A stretch of DNA of 64,000 nt. Origin: Flectonema sp. DT1601 (lineage: Eukaryota). Made by a program: the position numbers and the translations under genes. The notes under the pieces were generated by a model. It was not told the DNA's origin. It worked only from the letters and a program-made list of their open reading frames with translations, and did not search any database. Of the stretch, positions 20,710 through 33,085 are shown piece by piece (the stretch's first letter is position 1; every line of letters starts with the position of its first letter). The stretch lies in assembly GCA_964019425.1 (NCBI GenBank), contig OZ025785.1, forward strand, positions 620,001-684,000, read 5' to 3'.

Positions 20710-22661
20710 TATGTTACAATAACAGATCGATTCGTGTTTTCCCTTTTAAAAAAAAAAAAAAAAAAAAGTCAGTTTATTTTTTTATTTTCCTCCTGCTATA
20801 GTTGGTATTGTTGCTTTAAAAAAAAAAAAAATAATTAAACGAAATTGCGATCAAAAAAAAGTACGTGGACGTTGTTTTTTTATGTGGGTCATTATGATTA
20901 TGATAGTCTCCCGACCCATTTCCCCCCTCCAAAAAAAAAAAAAAACTTTTCTTTTTTCTTTTTTTGTTCAGTAATTACAATTATTTCGTCTTCTTTCCTT
21001 ACAGCCTTAAATATCTCATCTGCGTTTGGTGCAAAATTTGCGTAAAAAGCAAAAAAAAAAAAACTTTTTCATTTATATTTTTTTTTATTTCCCCCTTCAA
21101 AAATATCCTTTCCTAAAGCAAATCCGTCTCCATTTGCTTTTTATATATAGCTGCAGGAGAATGATAAGATCGCGTAGTTGGTCATTCACAAAGCAGAACT
21201 TTTGCAAGCTCGTGTTTTATAAAACCGACAACATTCACAGACGAGTGAATATTCCCCTTTTTTTTTAAAGTTTTTTTTTTTTTTTTTTAGTTTTGTTTTT
21301 TTCATTCTAATGAGAAAAAAAAATTTTTCTTTTACTGCTTTCTTTTTCTTTCCTACAAGTACCCCACCCCTTCTCGGAGAAAGATAGGGGCAGGGGGAGT
21401 AAATTAGCAAAAAAAAAAAAAAAAAAAAAAAACAGATAAATATAGGGTCTGGCAATTACGTGCAGTACTCTCTTCTCAGACTCAATCAAGAGAAAAAAAA
21501 AAAAAAAACAAAAAAAAAATTCTTTTATGTAAGGGTTTTTATCACTAAATACAGGTGCACCTCGTAACCTTTTTTTCTTCTTTTTTTTCTTCTTTTTATC
21601 TATTTTACCGACAAAAAAAAAAAAAAAAAATGAAGCTTTTTCTTTTTTTTTTTTTCCCCCGCTCAATTTATTTTATTTGTTTTCGTTCTTATTTTTTTTT
21701 GAGGTTGGGGGTGGGGGTTGCACAACGAAACCTTTTCATTGGGAGTAAAATTTTTTTCCACCACCGTTTTAGCGCGTATGGGATTTCTTTTTTATAATAC
21801 CCCGACAGTTGGACCCTTTTTTTTTTTTTACTTTTTTTTTTTAACATGGCTATCAGGTAAATCCTACTTTTAGTTTTAGCCGGTTTTCAAGTTTGTATTT
21901 AATAGCGGACATGTCTCTTCTCGTCAGCTTCGCTGACTTTGATAAAACAATAAATAAATAAATAAACTAACTGAGAACTTGGGGTTATATTTCTCACAAA
22001 AGGTTTTTTTTTTTTATATATTATAAGCGAAACCTTTTTTTTTTTTTGAGATTGCAACCGTGTTTTGCTACTTCTGAAGGGAGTGGATCGGTTTTTTTTT
22101 TTATTTTTTTTATTCCCTTAAAAATCCCTCCCGCCGTATTGCTCAACGTTATGATGAGCTTAGTTGGAGAAGGAAAGCCATGTTGTTTTTTTTTTTTTTT
22201 TTTAAGGTTAGTTCTCTGTACACCACGTCACTTTTTTGTTGTGAATTTCTGAGGCTGTATTTTGCAATAGAAAAACAGTTACCTGAATAGTTATTTTGAT
22301 GTATTTTAAAATCCAGTGTGTTTGTGTGTCCTCAAAGAAAGAGCTTCGTGGGGGGGAGGGAGGGAGGGAAACAAACCGTTATTGAGTGAGAGACTTTTTT
22401 TCCCTTCTTTTTTTTTTTTTTTTTTCCAGCTACTACTAGTGTCGTGTCTTAACTGCTTCCTCTGTGCGAAGAAAAACTTAAACGAATTTGTGCGTAGTAC
22501 TTGCGCACGTAGTACTTGCACATCTTCCTGTTTGGTGTTCTTTCGCACCAGAGAAATGGGAAAGTTATGAACCCAACTTTCCTCATGTTGGTATTCCACT
22601 TGTGGGAGAGGAGAGGAGACTGATTCACCTTCTGCTCCTATTCTGCTGTTTTTTTTTTCTT

Positions 22662-22692
<31 letters not shown>

Positions 22693-23358
22693 CCTCCCCA
22701 CTTATGCATCTCAAACTGGATTTCTTAGTTGAAGTTACGTATGTTTTTTTTATCGGTTAAAAAGATGTTTTTCTTTGTGGGAAAAAAAAAAAAAAAAAAA
22801 AAAAAAATACTTTTTTTTCCTGTAAAAAAATTTTAGAGGGGGAGGTTACAGAAAACCCAGTATTAGCAAAGGTGATTACGATATTTAGTTTCTTTTTTTC
22901 TCGGATGGTCTTGTTGTCAGCATTAATCGGTAGGAATGTTTTTTTTTCTTAAGTGTTTGTGTTTGCGTTTACAATGCTTAAAAGCAAAAAAAAAAAAAAA
23001 AAAAAAAGGAAAGAAAACATTTTCTTCTGAAAAACAATGCGATGTACGTATCACTTAACCTGATCGGTGACTGTGGCTTCCATGAGGTTTTTTAATAATT
23101 ACCTGCTTGATGTTTGTTCACACCAACCAACTAGTTGGCTATTTCCGCTGAATTCCCTTTTCCTAATCTCCGAAAGCTTCGCTTCTCAAAATACTAGTTT
23201 TTTTTTTTCTCTTCCTGTTTTCCTTGAGAATTAGTCGAGCGTGAGCTTGGTCTGTTTTTCTCGTGGTAACAGATAATCTACTCTATTTTTTTTTTTTTTT
23301 TTTTGCGTTTTTCCTTTTCTCACCTTATTACCATTTTTTTTTTTTTTTTTTTTTTTTT

Positions 23359-23485
23359 GTACCGACAACGTAGTCGGAGGAGGAACTATTCAGATTGAAA
23401 GCCGTTATTTCTTTTGGTCATGATTTATGTCCCCGTGCGACAGGATTCTGTCTGCGTTCAGTGAAATATAAGGCTAATCTGAATG
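23359..23485. repeat. ~125-bp structured dispersed repeat; copies at 30881-31005 and partial at 8930-8961
   Basis: High similarity between copies; internal inverted repeats attcagatt/aatctgaat and ccgac/gtcgg; flanked by T runs. Confidence 0.8.
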
Positions 23486-25566
23486 TTTTTTTTTTAAAAT
23501 TCTGAATCGACGTGTGACGTGAGTACATATTTTCGAATCCAGCGAAGGGAAAAAAAAAAAAAAAAAGATTTTTTTTTTAATACTTCGTTTTTTTCTTCTT
23601 TTTTTGATAGTTTTTCTCAGGTCAGGTCAGTCTTGGGAGCCACATACTTCCGGGTAAAGAAACACCTCTTCCCACCAGTGAGAGAGCTTCGCGAATGTGA
23701 AGCAGTGTACTGATAACTTGTAAGCTTTACCTGGAGTTTAAACTTCCTTGGCTACAATATAGTTGAGTCTCGTGCCATTTTTTTTTTTTTTTTTTGTGCA
23801 CAAACAAAGAACCAAAAAATAACGAAAATGGAAAAAAAAAAAAAAAAGAAGAATTTTTTTTTTCCCCCCTTTTAGTTTTTTAAGCCAGGTTCAAGTCCCC
23901 TACTCATCCCTGCGCATCACCCTTAGTCACTGTATTTAAAACTAATGTTAAATTATCTTTATGTTTTAATGATACAACACATTTGTAATTTTTACAAAAT
24001 CGAACATACAACCCCCACTCATCCAAATGACTAAAAAAAGCTGTGGGCTATAATTGCAACACTATCGTCTCGTTATCAGTTTTGTTTTTTTTCTATGAAC
24101 GGTAATATGAAAAAGGTGATAAAAAAACCACAACTATTATTCTATTAGCTTTTTAGGTTAAACCGACACCCCCTTAGTCAAATGATGGTCCTTAGCCCAA
24201 GTTTACGTTTCTTGTTAGTGGGGGGGATCAATTCAGTTCTTGCTTTGTCTAGGTTTGGAGATAGCTGTATCACATATTCCAAACAGTTAACCTCTCTTAT
24301 CTTTTTTAGGTTTTAGCCCAGCTTCAAAAAAGTTTGCTTTTTATATTTTTATAACAAATGTGAAAGGTTAAAACTTCCGAACTCATGAATGACTAAAAAG
24401 GCTGGTCTAGGCTACAATTACAACACGATCGTATCGTATCGGTCTTTTTTTCCCCCACCGTTTTCCCCCTACACCCTTGTTTTGTTTTTTTTTTTTTTTT
24501 CCCCGTGAACTGTATTGAATAAGTGAAATGAATATATGCTGCGACCACAACTGAGGTAAAAAAGTCTGCAGTAGTGACTGCGGTATTTTTTTTTTTTCCG
24601 GTTGCGCACAAACAAAAACAAAGTGTGAGAATTATTTAGTGAGGTGCCGATTCTTTTTTTTTTTTTTTTTTTTTTTGGGAAAAACTATAATTCCACATGC
24701 AAGTTTCCGAAATGGACAGCCACAAGAATTTCGAAACATTATTGGATTTTGGCTGTGAAAACGTACCAGATTTGTGTGGGTTTTCCACTGAAAAATGCTG
24801 GTTTTTTTTCTTCTGCTGTCTATTTTGGAAAATTTTGTGTTGAAATCCGACAGTAACATTTGCGAGAAATTAAGATTTTCCCTTTTTTTTTTCTTTTTTT
24901 TTCTCCCTTCTTTTTCGTTTGATTCAACTTGAATTTTTTTTGATATTATGAAAAGGAAAAAAAAATAAATATACAACAACCCTAAAGTATAGTAAGGAAA
25001 TCAAACCTGATGGGTGAAGGGAAAAAAAAAAAAAAAAAAAGAAAAAACACTAGTGCTGGTACTTACGTTCTGATTGTTTCTTTTTTTTATTTTAAATTTT
25101 TTTTATATTATTGTAGTACCTCTTTTGTGATTGAAAGCTTGCATGAGATTATAAATAAAAGTGCGGCATACGTTGACTTCCTCGTCGTTATTTTCTGTTC
25201 CCTGCTTAGGCGTGAATTAATCGATTTTTTTTTTTTTTTTTTTTTTTTTTGTTCCCCTGAGCTCCTCCTCTGTTTTTTTGTTTGTTTTTTTTTGTTTTTT
25301 CTTTTTTTGGAGCTACCTTTTTCACCAGAATTTAATTACTTAGTACGTGAGCTGATTACATATGTTTTTTTATTTATTTATTTATTTTTTTATTTTACCG
25401 TTTTCACATTCGCAGTACACCATTCCCGCAATCCCCAATTCATTTGTTTGGTCAGTCTTTTTTCCCCGTCAGCTCTTCTTCTGTTTTCTTCTTCTTTTTT
25501 TTTCCTTCTCTGCCCGTTTTTTCTTTTTCTTTTCGTTGCAGTGCATAGCAAAAAAAAAACAATAAC

Positions 25567-25598
<32 letters not shown>

Positions 25599-28118
25599 AA
25601 TAAAAAAAGGAAACGAAAATATATAAAGAAAAGGGGTAGGTGTTCTTTACGAAAACAGGGTTGAAAAACCGTAATAAAAAAAAAAAAAAAGAAAAAAGAA
25701 AAAAACACCCTTTTCTGAAGACACGTTGAAAGAGTTTTTTTTTTTTTTCGTTTAACAGATACCACAATAGGAGTTATCAGCATATAATAATCGAATGTAT
25801 CCTTGTCATTTGGCTCCCTTGGACTTCGTTTAAATTTATACTATAATTAATTCTCAAACTCACTCTCTCTCTCTCTCTCTCTCTTTTTTTTCTCTTTTTT
25901 TTCTCCATTTAATTTTTATGAACATCAAAAAAAAAAAAAAAAAAAAAAGCTATCCTATACCAATCCTAAGATTGGGTCTACTGACGTTACTTTTGCATCG
26001 TATCCATCTCATGCCGATGGTCTTTGGTTTGCTGTATCAGAGATGCTCAGTACGCGCTGTGGACTTCCTTATCAACTTATCCACCTATTCATTTCTAAGC
26101 AACTTCTATTTTAACGAGTTGTCTTGATGCCACTTTTGGGGGTGTAACAACAAAAAAAAAAAAATGCGAGCCAAGCTAATTTATATTTCCCTCCCGCGGC
26201 ATGGGGGGGGGCCCCCTCTCGAATTCCCATATTCGACAGCATGTATGGGGATTTCATCGAAGCCTAATTGTTGGGGTCTTTTTTTTTTTTTTGACATAAA
26301 AAATAAATAAAATAACATGAAACCAACTAGGTTTCAAGTTGCTTTTATTTTTAAATTATAATCAAAGTAACTTACCTGCGGCCTTCTTATCTCGCAATCG
26401 TGCACTACGCTGCCGCTGATGGTTTTTTTTTTTTTTTCTTTGCTTTTGCGTTCAGTGTGTAGGGGTCTCTAACAAAAGTTTATTTAATTTACCCTCTCCC
26501 AAAATCTATTTTTTTTTAAAAATAAGTATTTAAACTATTTTTTTTTTTTTTTTTTTTTTTGACAAAAGTAATTAATAGGTGAAAAACTTACACTCTACCG
26601 TATTACATTGTGATCATTCTTATTTGAAAAACAGTTATATATATAAACTCGATTCCGTACTGAACTGAATGACAAAAAAAAAAAAAAAAAAAAAAAAAAG
26701 AACGGAAAAATGAGACATGTACGTAGATAAATTAAAAAAAGCATTGGCGAATTCAATATATCATCTGCGGAGGTGTTTACCTATACTGACATTCAACTGT
26801 TAGGTCAATAATAACAATTTATTTTTTAATTAACTTTGATACGGTCTACATTTCTTTTTTTTTTTTAATATTTTTTTTATATCACATCACTGCACTCAGG
26901 TTAAAACGTGAGCAACAACCCGTTTGTGCTGGAGTGCAAGTGGATCCTATCATTATTTCTTGCTTTTAGTCTTTAGTACGCCCTGCTTGAATTTTTTTTT
27001 TTTTTTTTTTAAAAATTGGGCGGAGGTTAAATAATCAACTGCCAGTGTAGTATGTTTTTTTTTTTTTTTTTTTTTTTTTTGAATTGGGGAAAAAAAAAAA
27101 AAAAACCGAGAGCAAAAGCAAAGCCCATGATATATTTTGCTTAAAAGTTTACGATCGTTTCTGAAGAAAATTCGTATTTCTATTTTATTAAAAAAACATT
27201 TTATCATGTTACAGCTCTCCCAAACTTTTCTTTTTATCTTGAATTTGGCACACTATTTTTGTAAACTCACCTTATAACCACAGTAGTGATGCTACGTACT
27301 AATTGCTGTAAAGAGGAAGGGGGGAGAGGGGGATTTTCCCCCCCTCTTCTTTTTGGAAGGTAAAAATCCCAAAACAACGCAAATAACAAAACGAAAGAAA
27401 AAAAATGATAATTAGAACAAAAACCCTCTTCATGAGGATGTGGATTTCTCCTTCGCACAAGGCGGCGCGGTGGTGACACTGTGCGCTTGCCAACTATAGT
27501 GGCAGAAAACAAACAACCAGGTCTCAGAGTAAACAAAAAAAAAAAAAAAAAAAAAAAAAAACAAAAGAAAATTGCGAAAAAAAAAAAAAAAAAAAACCCA
27601 TAATTTTATGTTGAGTATGAATAAGTTACGTTTTCTCATTTGTTTCCCACTCCTCTCTGATTATTTTCTGTAGAACGATTGGCTTGTTGAAGCCAATCAA
27701 CCTGCAGTGGGCAGCTACGTCTTTGGCAACAAAAAAAAAAAAAAAAGAAAATTACAAATAGGTCGTGTTCTTCATCCAGCCTTGGGATCCATCTACAGTT
27801 GGGTAGGACATCAGTTTTCCTCTCTGAGAATTTTAAAAAATCAATTTTTTTTTTTTTTGTAGCTGATTTTTCGTGCCCACTCCCACTCTTGCATATAGGT
27901 GGCATTCTCTCTTCTCCATACCCCCATACCCCTTTTCCCCTGTCCTCTCCCCCCACCGTCGTTTTATTTGTTCCGACGTTTTCTAATGTTTACCATTGTA
28001 GAGGCGAATTAAATATCATTTTTTAAAGTGTTTCACAGGTATCGTATGTGATGATGATAAAGAGCCTTCAGTGAAATAGTTGATATTTTTATATTTTCAT
28101 CAGGCACACCACACACAT

Positions 28119-29105
28119 ATGGGTGGTCAAGGGTCAAAGGAAAAGTTTTCAGACAAACGAAAATATGCTGTATTCATAGCAGATGAGAATAAGATGCTTA
28201 GGTGCGCACCAGAATCGGGGACTCCGTATGTGACGGGGTGTCAGGTCATCAAAGGTTCAATTGTAGTAGTGATGGACGGATGTGGTAATGATAAATACAG
28301 TTTAGTGAGGGTCCACCACATGATAGGATTCGTTAGGCAACGACATCTTGTTCCGATACCACGAGAAAATAGCGAAGCTGAGCAACGAAGGAAAAAAGCA
28401 CTCTTAGTATTTTGGATACTAAATAAAAAACAAGGTCTCTACGGAATGTCTTGTACTAATGTGATAAGCAGTATTTGTTGGGAGATGGTTCCCTGGTGGT
28501 TGTTGCCTGGGCTGGGTGAGACTCACAGAGAGCGATGTGCTACAAAGATGCTGAGCAAACGAACGAAAAGATCTAACTCTGCTTCCCTCTCCGCCAGTAG
28601 AAGAAAGGAACTGGCCAACTCACTAAATTGTTGGAAAAGTACATTTTCAAAACGGTACGGACGAGGTCCTCACAGTCTTGATGTATGGACAGACCCAACA
28701 GTAGCCGTTATGTACAACGAGTACGAACGAATCGGCAAAGAACCCGTCGATGGTCTCACATCTGAAGAACGCCATCGCCGCAAGGCACTATGCGTTGAAC
28801 TTCGTAAATGGATAATGGTTTTTAAATTTAAAAATAATAAATGTGCTCCTACAAAGAAACATGTTCTATCTGATCCCTTCGTCTCACCTATTTACCAAGA
28901 ATACTTACAACTGACTAGTAGAAAGCGAGCCTATGTAAACTACGGCAGAAGCTTTCCTCTGGACGACTCATCTGAAGCAAACACCTCTCCAGTTGCGGAT
29001 TCTCCTGACAACGATGATACTACAGTTGAAGAAGAGGTCCGTGCACGTGAGGGTGATCAGTCAGAAAACCCTCCACTTCCTCTGAAAGAGATAACCGTAA
29101 ATTAG
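28119..29105 (+). CDS. Hypothetical protein with an N-myristoylation motif, SH3-like segment and two short helical repeats
   Basis: MGGQGSK start. KGSIVVVM...YSLVRVHHMIGFV is SH3-like. Two repeats RRK..L..W...F....G/K..P....V..DP.V...Y.EY resemble the FAM13A/Sld2-N motif. Confidence 0.7.
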   Translation: MGGQGSKEKFSDKRKYAVFIADENKMLRCAPESGTPYVTGCQVIKGSIVVVMDGCGNDKYSLVRVHHMIGFVRQRHLVPIPRENSEAEQRRKKALLVFWILNKKQGLYGMSCTNVISSICWEMVPWWLLPGLGETHRERCATKMLSKRTKRSNSASLSASRRKELANSLNCWKSTFSKRYGRGPHSLDVWTDPTVAVMYNEYERIGKEPVDGLTSEERHRRKALCVELRKWIMVFKFKNNKCAPTKKHVLSDPFVSPIYQEYLQLTSRKRAYVNYGRSFPLDDSSEANTSPVADSPDNDDTTVEEEVRAREGDQSENPPLPLKEITVN

Positions 29106-29363
29106 CACTACCCACCTGGCATTGGTCGAGGTAAAGCTTCGCTGTTACATTGTTTTGGAATCGGCTCCCGTTTTCCTTTTTTTTTTTTTTTTTTTTTTTT
29201 TTTCCGGTTTTGAAGTTGTCTATTTTACGTTCTTTTTGTTATGTTTTTTCAGTCACAGGCAGTCTGTTCAACCCGACAGAGATGCTGGTTGTTTATTTTA
29301 TTTTTTTTGTTTGTTTGTTTGTTGTTTTTTTTGCCTAAGGGTATTAATATGGCTAACAACAAC

Positions 29364-29399
<36 letters not shown>

Positions 29400-30053
29400 T
29401 TTTTCCCCATTTTTTTTTTTTTTTTTTTAAATATCAGCAGAATCGTAGTGTCAGAAAGATAAGTGTAAGTAGGGCTTTCAATCACCTTTTTTTTTTGATA
29501 TGTTTGTTGTAGTTTTGGAATTCGTTTTGTTTTGTTGTGGTTCTTTACTTTTGCTGATCTTCGTTGTTGCAATATTAACAAATTTTGAAAAAAAAAAGAA
29601 AAAGAAAAAGAACCGAATTACACGATTGTTTTGTCATATTCGAAGTGGTCAAGCAGTGTGGGGGAAAAAAAGAAGAAAAAATAAGAAGATATTTTTTTTT
29701 TTTTTTTAGCTTGGCAATTTTTTTCGATCTTTTTTTTCTTTTTGTGTTGTATTTCTCACGCATGGGAGAATCCCTCGTTTCCATCGCAGAAGTTTTTCTG
29801 AAAACTGCAACTTTTTTTTTTTTTTTTTTGATTAAACAACACATACCACCACTATCCCATTATTCTTACTTTGGAAACTTTTAGTTTAGGTAGTTAACCC
29901 GATGCTCTTTAGTTTGCTGTATCAGCGATGCACAGTACGCAATGTATTGGACTTCCTTTTCTATCCATGTAGTCAGTTCAGGACAAAAACACAATACCGT
30001 TTTTTTTTTTTTTTTTTTTTTTTTTTTGTTTGTTTGTTTTGCCCCTTGTGACG

Positions 30054-30091
<38 letters not shown>

Positions 30092-31236
30092 AAGCAATAC
30101 ACTAGCTGTTATTCCTTTTTTTATAAAAAGGAATTACTTGGATCTCCAAAAAGTTCAAATTATTATAACGCTTTTAGACTTTGTTTGTTTGTGCACGAAA
30201 CCGTAAACCGACGTAAAACTGAGAATGCCTTTAAGGAGAATTTATGTACCACTAAAAAACTAAGGCTTATTAAAAAAATTATAAAAGAAAAAAAATAAAT
30301 AAAAAATATGGAGTTCTACTGTCTTTCGGTTTTTTTGTTTGTTTGTTTGTTTGTTTGTTTGTTGTTTTTTTTTTCTGTATGTCTGCTTTTTTTTGTGTAC
30401 CAAAAAAAAAGCCAAATCGCTTTAACCCGAACTTACTTATAGCAAGTACCACATAGAAGAAGGGAAATCCAAAAAAAAAAAAAAAAAAAAAAAAGCAATA
30501 GGCTTAACAGCGACAACTACCTTGTTGTATGGCCTGATTATTTTTGCTCCCTTGAAAAACCTCAAAAAAAAAAAAAAAATCAATTTATCCTCAATCTTGT
30601 CTAAATTAGTACTTTCGAGAGAGGAAGGACAGCGGAGGGGGGAAGCAAAGTATATATATTTTTAATTATTTTATCTCTCCTCTCCTCTCCTCTTTTTTTT
30701 TTGTTTGTTTTTCCCCCATCAGTGAGTCAACTAAGTGACTATAAAATAATTAGTCCCACCAGACTAGTGTTTTGTTGATTAAAACCGCTGGAGCTAATTG
30801 ATTACATCCAGAATAAGGGACAAGAAGCACATAGAACAGCAGAAACAATTTATTTATTTGCTTTTTTTTTTTTTTTTTTTGTACCGACGTAGTCGGAGAA
30901 GAAACTATTCAGATTGAAAATCGATATTTCTTATGGTCATGATTTATTTTCCCCGTGCGACAGGATTTTGTCTGCGTTCAACGAAATATAGGGTTAATCT
31001 GAATGGTTTTTTTTTTTTTTTTTTCCCACAAAGGTCAGAACACTAGCGCGACTACATAGCTGCTATTTAGTGGTATCAAAAAAGAAGAAGCTGAATAACA
31101 GTAAAGAGTTGAAACAGATTCGTCTCTTCTCTTTTTGTCATAAGGTTCGCCTAGAAATCAATTTTTTTTTTGATATCGACTTATATACGGCTTTTACTTT
31201 CCTCTTAGCTGAGAGAGATGACTATAAAGGTGTTGT

Positions 31237-31270
<34 letters not shown>

Positions 31271-31380
31271 ATATTTCACTTCTGCACCGATTTTGTAATC
31301 ACAAATGTTATTTATATATGTGGGTATTTGACGATGTGGAGACTGTTTCCTATTTCCACCTTTTCCCCCCTTTTAATTTT

Positions 31381-31553
31381 AAGCTGTAACGGGCTAAAGG
31401 GCAGGGGGGCGCTCAACCGTAGTACGTGACCCCCGAATCCCTATATTCGACAGCAAATGTGGGATTTTTTAGCGATACCAATCGTTGATTTTCTTATATT
31501 GCAACCAGGTTTGGCAGTTTCTTCATTTAATATTAGTATCAAGTTACCCCCCT
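31381..31553 (+). repeat. Solo copy of the Penelope-like element 3' structured motif
   Basis: Closely matches 52691-52896. Further copies or fragments at 8120-8152, 9243-9410, 26198-26376, 32242-32373 and 46794-46820. Confidence 0.85.
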
Positions 31554-33085
31554 TCACTCCTTTTGAAAAATGATCAATGCTTCCGGCTACTGTAGTAGTC
31601 TACCGTGTTTGTTGACTCCTTGGTTTGCTTTCTGAATGAACAGGAGTGAAAGAAAAAAAAAAATAAAAAAAAAAAAATAAAAAAAAATAAAATAAATGAT
31701 TTAATTCGTTGACGTGATTAAGTGCTCGTGATCTTGAAGCATGTTTTTCCCCTCAATTTATTTATTTTATTTGTATTTGTATTTTTTTTTTTTTTTTTCT
31801 GCATAAGCCTGGCTGTCGCTTGACGTCTCTATTGCGTAAAGAGTGAATCAGCTGTGTCTTTTGTTGGTTTTAGGGTTTTTTTTTTATTCTTTCTATTGTT
31901 GCCAGTTTTTTTTTCTTTTTTTTTTAGCTGTTGAAGACTGTGTGTGACAAACAACACCATGATCCTTGTTTCGAATATTGTTTCACAAAAACATTAATTT
32001 TTTTCTTCTTTTTCCCCCCTTGATGCTTTTTTCAAATAAGTGAATGCAACGCGCATATTAACCACTGCTATTAGTGGGGGGTAGGGTAAGTCATGAATAG
32101 TGCAAAGTTGCTCTCTTTTTTTTTCACTATTTCTTCCAACAAACACCTTTTTTTTTTACTTTGTGATTTTTTATTTATGTTTTTTTTTTTTTTTTCCCCT
32201 CCTCCATTTAGCTTGATAATACAGTATTGATTTATCCCCTTTGGGATTTTATCGATATCCAACTGTTAGTCTCTTTTCATTGTAACCAGGTCTGGCCAAA
32301 ATCTGATATTCGTTTTAGCCAGTTTCAAAGTTGCGTTATATTTTAATTGTAGGATCAAGATAACATCCCCCCCGTGCTTCATTTTGTTTCTGTTCTTGAT
32401 AATTAAAAGACCCCACCCCAGGTGTGTACTTCGTTAATTAGATTGATAAGTCCAACCTAGTGGTGGACACGTCGGGGTCCAACTGGTTAAGAATATTTTA
32501 ATTTTGGAATTTTTTGGTGATGATTTGTGCCTGCATTTTATGCTTGATAAAAGAAGGAGAAAAGAAAAAAAAAAAAAGAAAAACTCTCGGAACCTTGGCT
32601 TAAAGAAACAAAAGTGAGATGACTTCGTTGGTGAAAACTAATACTTTTATTGTCTCGTGTTCTTTTTTTGTTTCCATTCGATTATTTGTTCCTAAGTACT
32701 TATTAGAGAGATTTGTTTAATAACTGCGGGCAGTACGCGTTGAGAGCGTGCCCCTTTTTTTGAAACGAACATCTGCTCCTTTATTTTTCACACTCAGAGG
32801 GGTATTTCTGCTTTGTATCTGTTTTGGTAGTAATCATCTTTCCATTCCCCGAATCCCCCCCATCTGCCTCCTCATACGGTTCCCCTTCTCGATTTAATTT
32901 GATATCTTTTTATTTCATTCACCATATCTTGAACTGCTTCATCTTTAGTGTTGGTTTTTTTTTTCAAATTATTCAAATTTTTTTTCCCCCCCTCCTTATC
33001 CAGAGTCCACAGTTGTCAAAAAAAAAATGCTAACAGCGTGAAGTTCGAGTCCAAGTAAAGTCATTTTTTCTTTTTTTTTTGCAAA

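Noticed and set aside
24008..24450. Imperfect local duplication (~24010-24085 and ~24383-24450)
   Set aside because: Real but degenerate; no coding, terminal or structural signal found.
26369..26425. ACTTACCTG followed by gcggc/gccgc and tgcac, resembling U1 snRNA
   Set aside because: Overlaps the tail of a dispersed repeat (atcaagttacc-like); no Sm site or U1 stem-loop I. Would need an Rfam hit.
20845..27956. Many 60-200 aa ORFs rich in F and K
   Set aside because: Translations of poly(T)/poly(A) tracts with no protein-like content.
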